This document shows, piece by piece, positions 1 to 14,417 of a stretch of DNA of 64,000 bases; the first letter of the stretch is position 1; every line of letters starts with the position of its first letter. The stretch comes from Eledone cirrhosa (Eukaryota), in assembly GCA_964016885.1 (NCBI GenBank), contig OZ024740.1:49600001-49664000 (forward strand), given 5' to 3'. Under the pieces are notes generated by a model that did not search any database, was not told where the DNA came from, and saw only the letters and a list, made by a program, of their open reading frames with translations. A program made the position numbers and the translations under genes.

Positions 1-2000
<2,000 letters not shown>

Positions 2001-2049
2001 TATATATATTAAAAAGAAGAGTGGAAGTCAGTGTTGCAGCATATGTATA

Positions 2050-2140
<91 letters not shown>

Positions 2141-2355
2141 TTTACGTATCGAGAAAGAGAAAAAAAGGGGGGATAGGTGATACATATAGTTATTTGCCAA
2201 GTAGCGTATGCCAAAGGTGCTCGATACTAGTGCCGGCAGTATTAAATATTCGAAGTGTTAATATTTAGTGGGCTAGAGAGTTAGCAGAGCGTAAGCACGT
2301 GGGAAAGTAAAAAATCGGAGAATAGACCGTTAAAACATGTTTATTTAAAATATCA

Positions 2356-2390
2356 CCTACGTACGTTTCACCCAGTTGGGCTTCTCAAGG
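2356..2390 (-). ncRNA. Hammerhead ribozyme variant with a U3-A8 core, in a TA-embedded PLE-type terminal fragment
   Basis: Minus strand cc-TTGAGAA-GCCC-aact-GGGT-GAAA-cgtacg-TA-gg. Stem III ACGTACGT is palindromic; AATAAA follows about 12 nt downstream. Confidence 0.65.
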
Positions 2391-2469
2391 GCATAAATAA
2401 TCACAAGTGTTCCTTATATTGCTCGGAAAGAGTTTTTGGGGTTAAATCCACATCAAGGTTCATTGCTCG

Positions 2470-2542
<73 letters not shown>

Positions 2543-2944
2543 GTATGCTTATATACATTTTTTCTTCTTACTTTGATTTTGTACCTAATTGTGTATGGTT
2601 GGCTATATATCTAATCGATTTCCACGCGCTATTAGAAATACTGGGTAAATATTCTGTGGCTGTTGATCGCGGATAAAATAGCTATCGTTTATTTATCTAT
2701 TGTTTCTTCATAGGTGCTTTTTAATCTTATAGCCTTGTTTAATTGATTTTTTGTGTGGTTGATTATGCTGATTGGGAGAGGAAATACTGTATATATTTTA
2801 TCAAATGATTCTATGGACGTACTTTCTTATATATATATATATTCAGTAGTTAAGCAAAACAAGACCACAAATTCACATAGAAGACATTAGTCACAGAGTA
2901 TCAACATTAAGTGCAGTTTAATATAGAAAGGGGATAGTAATGTC

Positions 2945-3069
2945 AGTTTACAATTGTTTCACTACTCCATATAATGTTTTTGGATCAATCAATGGTAAGA
3001 GAATAATTGAGTTGGTGCAGAGAAATATAAGTAACATAGAATAATATTATGGAGCAGATCTTCGGAACT
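2945..3069 (-). ncRNA. Hammerhead-like motif with a long stem II insertion
   Basis: Minus strand agtt-CCGAAGA-tctgctccata...tatggagtagt-GAAA-caattg-TA-aact. 4-bp stem I, palindromic stem III, U4 to C change in the core. Confidence 0.55.
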
Positions 3070-3737
3070 TGGGGAAAGATAATGAGATTATTACTATATA
3101 TAAAGCATAAATCAAAATAAAGATGAAATAAAAATAAAAATAAAATAGGAGGGTTACGTGTCCGTAAAGAATCCTCAGATTAGCAACTCCCGAGATGGGA
3201 CACCTTGGCACTGGAGAATTTCATGTGTATGGTATAAATAAGCATCAGATGTCTGTCGAGGCTGAAGGTATATATATATATAAGATAACTGCGACTCGAT
3301 TTCGAGTAATGCTATCGTTTGATACTTAAGCATGAGCATCACGGACGAGGCTTTTCAGCCCTGCTAGGGACTCATTTATCGCCAGCAATGTCGTGCATCG
3401 CAAAAAATGTCATATATCAAGTGATGCCTGTGCTTGAAGCTTTTTTAAATGAGGAAAGGCTTTGCACGGAGCCAATCCCACTCTTTGAACATCGAATGTA
3501 TTATTTACCCACAAAGTAGAACTGGTCTACATTGGATGTAAACGAAGTGGCAGGTTTTATATCAGAGTGAAATTCTCTTAGAGAGATGTCTTAATGAGGA
3601 CTAGGAGTCTCTCGCTCCACACACACACACACAGAGCCATATATATATATATATATGCAAAAATTTTATTTAAAATTGTTGGGTTACAACAAGTAAATAT
3701 TTTATAACTGATATAAAGCACTCGACAAGTTTTTGGA

Positions 3738-3842
<105 letters not shown>

Positions 3843-3865
3843 CATACACACATACATATACACAT

Positions 3866-3940
<75 letters not shown>

Positions 3941-3992
3941 CATATAGGAAATTGAGTTATAGGGAATTAACCAGTATATCCACATACATATA

Positions 3993-4023
<31 letters not shown>

Positions 4024-4039
4024 GTATTAATCATTTTAA

Positions 4040-4500
4040 TTAATCATTTTAAAAGGTCCTCAGACATGACAACCCGTAATTTAATTTTGGATATATATGC
4101 GGCCCCTTAATTGTAGAGCTAACTCAGTTGAATGGACTCGGCTGCTATTTCTAGCTGTCGATAATCCTATTCACGCCACTGGGATGACGCTGTGCGATGT
4201 GTGTATTTTTTAAAAATGCAACACGTGGTTCGAGTCATTCACAGATTTGCATTTGCTTTGTAAACACAGATAGTTGTATCTTCTCCTTTGGTGACCATCC
4301 AGGATTTGACTACTGTGATTTACTGATTAATTGGTGAAATATATTTTTTACTTAAAGAAATATATACAAAGAAGATTAATCATTTTAAAAGGTATCTATA
4401 TTTGAAGTTCTAGTTAAACTTTAACTGGTTACCTACCTAGCTATGTGTGCTTACATTCTTTACAAATTATTCCCTGTGATTGTTTCATATGTTTATTTTA
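4040..4500. repeat. Dispersed TA-flanked repeat, with a diverged inverted copy at about 50730-51150
   Basis: Shared blocks such as tattcacgccactggga, attaattggtgaaatatattt and acctacctagct match the reverse complement of 50730-51150. Confidence 0.7.
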
Positions 4501-4696
4501 TATATATATATGTCAATCTATTTCTAGTTGATATGAAAGGCTCGGATCTATTCATTGGAATCTTTGAGCTTATTCTACAGTGGATATGGCGCATGTCTCT
4601 CAGACATGACAACCCTTAATTTAATTTGGGAGATATATATATATATATATCCAAAATTAAATTAAGGGTTGGATATATATATATATCTATATAGAT

Positions 4697-4811
4697 ATAT
4701 TTATTAAAATAACAGATTAAAGTTTTATTTGCTCTACGGTTTTTATATATTTGATATATATTTATCCTTATCGAGCCCTCTTTGGATTTTAGTCTTCAAA
4801 TTTATTATTAT

Positions 4812-4816
<5 letters not shown>
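4697..4816. mobile_element. PLE pseudo-LTR fragment; same family as 45100-45335 but lacking the central fold-back
   Basis: atatttattaaaataacagattaaagttt is joined directly to tatttgctctacggttt...tattattactata. Both blocks match 45100-45335. Confidence 0.75.
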
Positions 4817-4883
<67 letters not shown>

Positions 4884-5628
4884 TTATACATATACATAAA
4901 TATGTATAAGTGTTATGTGTGTATATGTGTATTCCTGTGTGCTGTGAATTGGTACACTGGTTAATTTGTCTATAGCATGGAATCATCCACCAATTCTACG
5001 TTCGAAGAAATAATCTGATGAATCATATACATAAAAGGCGTTGAAACTATGATACTAACGCAAGTCATTTAGTGCAACTCTTTCCCAGTTCATTTTCTAA
5101 ATATCACATATCTTCAACAAGATATTAGACTTTATATTAGATATGAAATAACTTTTTGCTTTGTTGTTATTAGTCTAATGTTCAGATTTACTAAAAGGTG
5201 TTCTACCGTGAAAATCCTGTCTTTCTACATCTAGTTTATCTCTGACAGCCTTATTCATTATACTCTTTATTTTCTTTTTGAGATGGTAGCGTGTAATATC
5301 AGATAGATTTGGCTGCTATATCTAGCAGGTCGTGTAACCACGTAAGGGCCCGCTCATTGGTTTGTAACCCATTATATTTGATAAAAGGAAATTCAAACAA
5401 AACAATTCACAATTAACTGTGTATGACTAACACCAAATATGACTGGTACTTTCTAAATATATCATAAATTAAACTAATTCTATATCCTATTGTTTTTCTT
5501 TGGATATCTCTCGGTATATTTCGATATATCATATATCAGTATATGTTTCAAGTTTCTACTGTCTGAGTTCAAATCCTGTCGAGGTCAACTTTGTCCTTCA
5601 TCCTTCAATTAATGTAACTCTTTATATA

Positions 5629-5629
5629 A

Positions 5630-5725
<96 letters not shown>

Positions 5726-5794
5726 CTCTCTCTCCTTCTCGCTCTTCTATCTCTTCTTTTCCCTCTTCTGTCTCTCTCCTTCTCTCTCTTTCTC

Positions 5795-5839
<45 letters not shown>

Positions 5840-5912
5840 TTCTCTCTCTCCTTCTCGCTCTTCTGTCTCTCTCCTTCTCTCTCTTTCTCCTCCTCCTCTC
5901 TCTCACACTCAC
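5629..5912. repeat. (CT)n / pyrimidine-rich low-complexity tract
   Basis: Direct reading of the sequence. Confidence 0.95.
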
Positions 5913-6036
5913 TTTTTCTATTTTTCTGGAAGAAATCGGCTTTATTCCAACTTGTAGGTGTAGCGACCTGCAGGTATAAAACATATATAACGAGGGCTTC
6001 CCAGCGAGTCCATCAGGAGTTAAGCGTCCATGCACG

Positions 6037-6097
<61 letters not shown>

Positions 6098-6567
6098 TTA
6101 TATATATGTATATACATATGTACATATATATATATATATGCATTTGTTTGATTACATATATGTGTATGTATGATTATGTGTATTCTGTGTTCCTCATTGT
6201 CTCTATAGAACCAACAGTGGCGTTCCCCTTGCCATGTGTTAAGTTTAAATGAGAATATATAAATGATTACCAACCGTCATATGTAGTCCATTATGAAAAC
6301 CAAGGAACAGATCAATTTGAACTCTTGTCTAAGCTCTATTATTACCATAAAAGACTTTATAATTATACATCTGCCCGTTACTGTGAACTGTACCTTTTGT
6401 ACTGCACTTATTTTTTGCTTGGGTATAGACTTATCGTTGAGTGTTAATGTGTCACAAAACTCAACTAACATAGTACGAATCTCTGATATTTCAGCTGGAA
6501 TTCCACTTTGTTTTCGATGAACTGTAGTTCCCATGAACATCTATTTTAGAGGAAGAAAGGGGGTGGG

Positions 6568-6710
<143 letters not shown>

Positions 6711-7333
6711 CTGTACTTGTATGCGTACACACGTTTGCTTTTTTTGTTAATGTGTATAAAAAAGATGCGTAATTAAAAATAATCTGAATGTGATGATTGA
6801 TTTATGAAATATGATGACCGATGAGATTGTTATCAAATTAAAATTGAGATTGTTGAACTGGATATGTGGAGAAAATATAACTATTGTATTCAATTGAAGC
6901 ACACGCTACAGATATGACAACCAATTGGATTTTCAATAGAGACTAATAACGTTACACTAGTATGGTAAATGGAAGGTGTCCACTAAAATGGCCAACATTC
7001 AGTGTAAAAACAATGAGGTATATCAAAATATAATTTCTAAATGTAGATTCGTAGTTGAGAAGGAATAATAAATGATGTTTATTAAAATTTATAAGAATTG
7101 TATTTTTCTAAAAAAATTAATTCCTGAGCAATTTTATAAACCATAATTAAATAAATATCTAATAATATAATTAATTATATAACAAAATATGAAAACATTT
7201 TTTTAGTTATTTATTTTTCAATTTTATTCTAAATGTTGTTTTGCGTAGCTGTGGAGCAGTTTGTCTTGAACCGTGAGATATTTTATAAATCTATAAAAAC
7301 TATCTAGAATGAGGTCTTTTCTACAACACCTAT

Positions 7334-7530
7334 GTCGAAACCTTAGGCATACTTGGACCCTGTACAGTCGAGCTCCTCCGCAAGATCGGAACGTCGGCGG
7401 CCGTCTGAGGGAGGAGCCCTCCGAGGTGGGGTGGCTGTTGCAGGTGTCGCTGGCCATAGTCCGCGGGAATGCTTTTGCAGTCTTGCCCACGGGGCGCAGC
7501 GCCTCTACCACCGCGCCCTAGGACCAGAGC
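7334..7530 (+). pseudogene. C-terminal fragment of a restriction-like-endonuclease (CRE-like) non-LTR retrotransposon ORF
   Basis: Translates VETLGILGPCTVELLRKIG, then after a frameshift EPSEVGWLLQVSLAIVRGNA. This matches my recollection of the ETLG...QRxSxAIQRGNA tail of CRE-type ORFs. Confidence 0.6.
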
Positions 7531-7742
7531 CCAATCACCCCCCCCCCCCCCTACCATTCCTCTGTGACACTAGAGTTCTTGCTATTCCCTCCCCTTTCCG
7601 TTCTTTTTTCTTTTTCTCTTATTTTTCTCTATATTTTTCTATTTTCTATTCCATTCTTCTCAATCTAAATTTTCTTTTTTTTTGTTTTTCTATTAAACCG
7701 TTGTCAAATATTTATTTACAATAGTTTATAACTTTGCTTATT

Positions 7743-7990
7743 AATCCGTAAGGTGAGCAAATGGGGTCCCACGTGCTGGCCTCCCCACAGCCCCAGTGGA
7801 CAGGATGGAGAAGGCGCTTCCCCGAAGGATGGTAAGGGAGATGCGCTGGAAGAGCCATTCCAACTCGCGAGGCTCACACCTGCGGTTGGCTAGCTCAGCG
7901 CCTATGGTGGTGAATAGGGAGGTAGCCCTAGGGCCAAGGACCAGAAGTCTCCATTGTCAAGGGCACGATCGCGAACCTGTCGGAGAGAGA
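7743..7990 (-). pseudogene. Second, diverged CRE-like ORF C-terminus in convergent orientation
   Basis: Minus strand translates LGPRATSLFTTIGAELANRRCEPRELEWLFQRISLTILRGSAFSIL. Confidence 0.6.
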
Positions 7991-8419
7991 CCGGTACTTG
8001 GAGAGTTTGGCCTCCTCAGAACGCAATACAAAAGTGAACTTAAGTTATTACGGAGTTTTTTCTTTTCTATGTAAAATAAATATATAGTTTAATTTAAAAA
8101 AAATATATATATATCATCTACAGATATCACCCCCACCAAAAAAAAAAAAAAATTATTAGCAGGTGACTCGGAACAGATATTATTCAAATTATTTATGGCA
8201 GCCAACCTTTTGTTAGTCGTTTACAGAATCAGCTTATTTAACATCAAGGAATGAATCATAAATGAAACCCAATCAAATTAAACTAATTTGAAATAACTGA
8301 TGAAATGGCCATAATGATTTCAATAGAGAAAAATCATTACCAACAGCAACATTTATATATTTAGGTTTGAAATGTAATATTGACTGTATGAGGTATCGAT
8401 ATTAAGGATCTTGAATAAT

Positions 8420-8605
8420 TGTTTCTATTTTTGGTACAAGGCCAGCAATTATCACAGTGTATTACTGGTACTTTAGTTTATCGACCCCGTAAGGATGAAA
8501 GGCAAAGTTAACCTCGGCGGGGTTTGAAATCAGACCATAAACGGCCGTAACTATACTGGAAAGCATGGCGTCCGACCCTCTACCGATACTGCCAATTCAC
8601 CGCCC
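8420..8605 (-). mobile_element. tRNA-derived SINE with a Deu/Nin-like central domain and a target-site duplication
   Basis: A-box-like tggcagtatcgg and central gcctttcatccttacggggtcgataaa...agtaccag. 17-nt TSD taaggatcttgaa(t/c)aat at 8403-8419 and 8606-8622. Other copies occur in the window. Confidence 0.85.
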
Positions 8606-9129
8606 TAAGGATCTTGAACAATAAAACAGACTGTATAATAAAGAATTCATTTAAATGGGCCAAATTCTTCTGTATAGATTTGAAACAGATTTATCAGGCA
8701 ACACCCGTGTTTTATTTGAATTTACGCTACAAACATTACATTGCGTACGAGACATGTGTTTTGAGTTTTCAGTAAAATAAAATGAGGTCTAAAATCGCCA
8801 AAAAGATAAAAAATTTCTTTTAATTATATAATTACATTTTTTATAGAAGAAAATGCTATATACAGATTAAATGAAAAATGAGAAAACAAAATACTTCGCA
8901 ATTAAAATGATTGTGAAGATTTAATTACTTCTTTCGTTAAATTTCCATATTCTTATAATTGTGACTGAATTAATCAGTGTTTGGACAACATTTTCATGAT
9001 TAACGGAGTTCGATTTAATAAATGCATGAATGCTCTTGTCTTCACATTCACACATACACAAACATGGTGTAACCTTACAGAAACATACATATATACATAC
9101 ATTCATAGATACATTCATAATCACACACA

Positions 9130-9187
9130 TATACATACATACATACATACATACATACATACATACATACATACATACATACATACA
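9130..9187. repeat. (CATA)n microsatellite
   Basis: Direct reading of the sequence. Confidence 0.95.
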
Positions 9188-9334
9188 TGAAATACAATGC
9201 AATCCGTGTGTTTCCCTCTAATATCGCAATGAGTCCACTTGCAAGGAATTTATTTCTCGCATCATTGAGTGTTGAGGGACTATTTAATATAATTCGACTT
9301 CTATTGCCGATGAGCAATTACAACTCCAATGTAC

Positions 9335-9398
<64 letters not shown>

Positions 9399-9484
9399 AA
9401 AAATTGAACGGGAACAAAACAGAGAGGCAGTACAAACAAAGGTTTATTTGTTTCACGCTCTTGAGAGTGGGGTGGTGGTGGGGA

Positions 9485-9516
9485 ACGACATTTCGGGCAT
9501 AAGCCCTTCTTCAGGT
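9485..9516 (-). ncRNA. Minimal hammerhead ribozyme motif of the Neptune-type element
   Basis: Minus strand ac-CTGAAGA-a-GGGC-ttat-GCCC-GAAA-tg-TC-gt; homologue of 1021-1052. Confidence 0.7.
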
Positions 9517-10948
9517 GAAAAGTGTGTGGGAAGAGAGTTCCAAGGGTGTGTAGGGGACTGGTGGAATGACATATAGAAAAAAGGGGGTGAGAGGAAACGG
9601 TACAAATGAAATTAAAAATAAAAGCATAATAAAAATAAAAATAAACAAGAAGTAAAACAGGTGGTGGAAGGGTGTGGGGCGTGTAAGGGGTGGTGGCGGG
9701 TGGAGTGGGGAGAGGGATGCGGGGTGTCCGAGCGGGGAGGGCTGAGGGTGGTGTGTGTGTGTAGGTGTACGTGTGTGTGTGTGTGTGTGTATGTGAAAGT
9801 AAGAGTTGGGGGAAGAACGGGGTTGCATGTTCAGGAAAAGGTGTGTGTGTGGGTGGAGTGTAGGTCGGTGTGTGTGTGCGTGTGTGGATGGGGAGGTGTC
9901 AGAGGGGTGGGGCTAGAGGATTCCGGAGGCTGAGTGTGTAAATATTTGGTGGTACGCACGTGTGTGTGGTGTTTATGCGTGTTGTGGATGTAGGTGGCGT
10001 GTGTGAAAAAATTTTTTTTGAGTGTAAGTCAGTGGGTGAGTCCTTAAGGTAGTTCCGTAGAGGATGTGGTGGAATGCTGGGTAATATCCTTGGGATGTGG
10101 TTGATTCTTGGGATGTCCAATATGTGTAATCCGTGGTTGGGTTGGTCGGAAGAGGGGAGATGTGGGGTGCGCGCGCAACAGGAAGTGGTCAGAGGGTCAA
10201 GGCAGGAGGAGGGTTGTGTGTCTGTGTGTGCGGGGAGGTGGTCAGAGATAAGGGCATAGCAGCAGTCGGGGAGAATGGTAAGTGAAGAAAGTCGGTGTGT
10301 CAGTGTGTGCGGAGGTGCGGTGGACAGGGGAGAGGATGGGTAGGTGTGAAAGTTGGAGTGAGGAGGGGGGCGTGTATTAGTAGAGGTGTTAGTGGGATGT
10401 GTGTGTGTGAGAAAGGGTGTGGGTGGAGCGGGTAGAGAAGGGTGTGGGGGCCAGTGGAGGGAGTGTAGTGTACTGGTGTGTGTGTGCGTGTTTGGATGAG
10501 TGTGTGTGTGGTGAAGGGGGTGTTAGTGGAGGTTAGTATACTGGTTGTGGGGAAAGCGTTGAATGCGGGTGTGAGTGGGGGTCAGTGGTGGTAGGGTGTG
10601 TAGAGTGGGTGGTGTAAGTGGGTGTGTGTGTTCGTGTGCGTAGGGTTGGGGAGTGTTAGTGATGTTAGTTGCGGGGTGGTGGGGTGGATGTGTGGGGGTG
10701 AGGGTTAGTGGTGGTAGTAGGGTGTGTTTTTAGAGTGAGCGCGTGTATATATGTACCGGTGGGTGTGTGCGTGTGATAAGTGGAGGGAGGGAGAAGAAAG
10801 GAGGGATGTTAGTATGTTAGTTGGGGAAGAGTGGTCGGGTGTGGGGTGGAAGTGTTAATATTGTTAGTTGTGGGGTGGGCGGTGAAAAGGAGGGGTGTGT
10901 TAGTGGTGTTAGTGGGGGATATGTGTGGGGGGAGGGGGGCGGTCGAAG

Positions 10949-13085
10949 GCTAAAGGGATAAGGGTGGGGAGTTCAAGCCGGGGGGAGTGTGGGTCTGTAG
11001 GGTGAAGATGGTTCGTTGTTCGACCCTGAGGAGAGTGGCGGGTGTTCCGTGGCATTGGAGTAGGCCACAGACTGTGAGGTGGTGCGCGGAATTTCCAGGG
11101 GCACCAAAGTGGCGGGCGATGGGGGAACTACCACCGAGACGAGCATCTCGGAGGTGTTCGGTAAACCGGTCAGCCAGGCGATGTCCAGTCTGTCCGTAGA
11201 CTAGGTTGGAGGAGGTGCCGCGGAAGGCATGCCGGACAGAGAGAGAGTGGCCGTTGGGACCCTGGAAGGTGGTGGTGTTGGTGATGTGGGGACAGGTGTT
11301 GCAACGGGGCCTGGAACAGGGAAGGGAACCGGGGGGGCCGTGGGTTGGGGGTAGGGAGCTGTGGACGAGGAGGGTGCGGAGATTGCGTGCGCGTTTGAAG
11401 GAGGAGAGTGGTGGGGCTGGGAAGATGTGGGAGGTGGAGTGGTCGGACTGGAGGCGTCGGAAGAGGCGGAGGATGGTGCGGTGGAGGGGTATGGTGGAGG
11501 GGTGGTAGGTGATGGGGAAGGGGAGACGGTGGGTGGGTGTGCGGTGGCGTGAATGAGGGTGGTGGAGCGGTGGACAGGACGGGTGCGAATGAGAGCGGTG
11601 TGAACGAGAGGGGGGGGGGGGGGGGTAACCTCTGCGGGTGAAATGGCTGACTAGAGAAAGGGCCTGGGACTCAAAGTCAGCATCTCGTCTACAGAGGCGG
11701 CGGATCCTGAGGAATTGGGAGTAGGGAATAGAGTGTTTAGTGAGTGTAGGGTGAGATGAGGTGAAGTCGAGGTAAGAGTGGGAGTCGGTGGGTTTGAAGA
11801 AGGCGGAGGTGACGAGGGAGTGGTGGGAGGGGGTCGAAGGCGACGGAGATGTCTAAGAAGTGGACGTGGGTGGTAGAGATAGAGGTGGTGAAGTGGAGGG
11901 AGGGGTGGAAGGAGCAGAAGAAGGAGAGAAAGGAGTCGAGCTGTTCTCGGGTGAGGGTCGTGGCTCCGATACAGTCGTCGATGTAACGACCGTACAGTTC
12001 GGGCGTGGGGCCGGTGTACTGGGCAAAGATTTGGGCCTCAACATGGCCAACAAAAAGGTTGGCATAGTTTGGGCCCATTCTTGTACCCATGGCTACCCCC
12101 GTGATCTGTTGGTAAAACTCACCCGAGAAGGAGAAACAGTTGAGGGTGAGGACCAGCCCGGCGAGGCGAAGGAGGGTGGGGTGGAGGGGATGGGGGAGGG
12201 GCGAAGATTGAGGTAGTGCTTGAGGGCACGTAGGCCGTCGGCGTGGGGGATGACGGTATAGAGGGACTTGATGTCTAGGGTGAAGAGGAAGGGCTGTGGG
12301 CCGGGTGGGTAGGGGAAGGAGTCGAAAAGGCGCAGGGCGTGGTTGGTGTCGGAGATGTGGGAGGGGAGGGTGGTGACAAGGGGGGCGAGGATGGAGTCGA
12401 GAAAGGCGGAGATGAGTTCGGTGGGGCAGTTGCAAGCGGAGACGATGGGGCAGCCGGGGTTGTCGGGTTTGTGGAGTTTGGGGAGGAAGTAGATGGTGGG
12501 GGTGCGGGAGGGGGGTGGGAGACAAGGTGTTGGATGGTGGAGGAAACTTGCTGTTGGTAGAGGGGTGTGGGATCGGAGGGTAGAGGGCGGTAGAAGAGGG
12601 TGCTACGGAGCTGCCTGTGGGCTTCGGCCATGTAGAGGTCCGCGCACCACACCACCACGGCGTCTCTCTTGTCCGCCGGTTTGATGACGATGTTATCTCG
12701 GCTACGGAAGGAGCGGAGAGCGAGGAGTTCGCCCCGCGAGATGTTATTCCGTTTGGAACGGTGGCGGAAGTCGAAGCGATTTACGGCGCTACGGCTGGCA
12801 TCGACGAACGCGTCCAGGGTGCTAAATTGCCCTGGGGCCGGCGTCCAAGATGATGGTTGTCGGCCCAGGGCGAGAAACGAGTCTGGGGTGCTCGGAGCCG
12901 GTGGCTTTTGACCGGACCGAAATGTGCCTGTAGCTTCGTGCGTCGCACGAATCGCTCGACTTCCGTTCGGGTGCGGAACTCGTCGCTGTGCGGAGTGTGT
13001 GGTATGAAGCGAAGGCCTCTACTGAGGAGTGAGCGCTACGGTGCGGAGAGGGAGTGGTAAGGGGGTATGGTGACAACAAGTGGTG
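10949..13085 (-). pseudogene. PLE reverse transcriptase / GIY-YIG endonuclease ORF, frameshifted
   Basis: Across frames: LLSRGLRF, IYFLPKLHKPDNPG, LDIKSLYTVIPH, GVAMGTRMGPNYANLF, RYIDD, FLDI, linker CSRPRCNTC, and endonuclease half GQTGHRLADRFTEH...ARHF...EQRTIFTLQTHTPPGLN. Contains stops and frameshifts. Confidence 0.9.
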
Positions 13086-13219
13086 GGGTTTGGGTGTGTG
13101 AGGGAGGAAGGGAGGGTGTGGTGAGGGGTGAGATGGAGGGTATATATATATATATATATATATATAGGCGATGAATTAGTTTTGCGAGGTTTTTTATATG
13201 AAATCGTATGTCGAAACAA

Positions 13220-13488
13220 ATATTGTTATACTTGGGGAGGGTCATATTTGTGTAATATTGCCAGAATTAATAACAGAACACACTCACTGTTTGGTTGGTT
13301 TTCGCTTCTCGCTTCTGTGTCTTTTATATCGGTAATCTAACTTACTCGGTCCTCAATGTTGCCATTGACTGACCGACGGTCAAAAATAATACAGATACAA
13401 TATAGACACAAACACATATATATATAGTTTATCATAAATCTTTCGTTAATTCTGGCAATATTACACAAATATGACCCTCCCCAAGTAT

Positions 13489-13496
<8 letters not shown>
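13220..13496. repeat. 51-bp perfect inverted repeat (13220-13270 / 13446-13496) in a TA-flanked fragment
   Basis: atattgttatacttggggagggtcatatttgtgtaatattgccagaattaa and its reverse complement. Confidence 0.9.
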
Positions 13497-13535
<39 letters not shown>

Positions 13536-13887
13536 CGAATATAAATTATCGGGAATCGTATTTCGGCCCACGAAATAACGAAAAACAACCTCCGAGATGT
13601 GTGGCAAGTGCTCAATGATTCAGATGAACCAGAGCTATAACAAACGTTAAAGGCCAAACACTGAGACGATGGTTAAACAATCATCCGCTCAGCCAAAAAA
13701 ACGATCAAGTAATTCGGGTCAAACAAATAAAAATATATATGATTGAAAATTTACCCGGACCCCTGGAAGGTTGGTAAAATCCAGCATTTGGGTTTCTGCG
13801 ACTCCTAAATCTAGTACTGTCCGCTTACATAAATAATGTTAGGCTTCTGGTAAGATGATTGAACAAAGAAGCCGCTTTTTCAACTTA

Positions 13888-14107
13888 TATATAAATAAAA
13901 GGAATTCCAACTTTGTCTGATTTACTCGTTTTATTTACAATCCTTTAAATATAATGGTATTAGAATGAAAAAGTATGGTAGATATTAAATGTTAAGTGTT
14001 AATTGAACAAGTACTTTCCTGCTTTTGCAATGTCAGGTTCATATTCTGTGGTGACAGTCAAGTTTGCAATTTTCAACTGTCAGTTGAAAATTGCAAACTT
14101 GACTGTC
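13888..14107 (-). mobile_element. PLE pseudo-LTR fragment with a degenerate HHR (14004-14041) and a terminal 27-bp-arm hairpin (14053-14107)
   Basis: Diverged reverse complement of 31921-32112; perfect fold-back centred on 14080. Confidence 0.8.
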
Positions 14108-14175
14108 CAGTGAATATCCAACCGATAAAGTAGAACGTTCATGGGTACGTCTTTATTTATAAAGCAAACTTTGTA

Positions 14176-14236
14176 TTTTATCTGATGAAAGCGCACCAAT
14201 GTTGTCTTGGTTGCCCTTGAAATATATATAATAAAA
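14176..14236 (+). ncRNA. Hammerhead ribozyme motif
   Basis: ttttat-CTGATGA-AAG..CCAA..TTGG..CTT-GAAA-tatata-TA-ataaaa: canonical core, 6-bp stem I, palindromic stem III, overlapping AATAAA. Confidence 0.7.
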
Positions 14237-14353
14237 TAAATATGGTTCTATAAATATAGTTTCCATTTATTTACTCCAGTAAACTGTTGAGCGCTCTAAA
14301 TCAGTTATAAACATTTATGTTTATCGGACTTCCAACAAATTAAATACAACTTC

Positions 14354-14417
<64 letters not shown>

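Larger units (their letters stand above)
9397..13140 (-). mobile_element. Neptune-type Penelope-like retroelement, near full length, decayed, inserted in (TA)n
   Basis: RT and GIY-YIG motifs, about 1.5 kb C/A-rich 3' UTR, HHR and AATAAA at the 3' end. (TA)n on both flanks (9338-9396 and 13141-13166). Confidence 0.9.

Noticed and set aside
5010-5060. CTGATGA...GAAAC spacing suggestive of an HHR (also near 8297 and 58100)
   Set aside because: No convincing stems II, III or I.
6277-6540. Possible minus-strand host exon after a pyrimidine tract and AG at about 6541
   Set aside because: No recognisable protein motif and no partner exons; RNA-seq would be needed.
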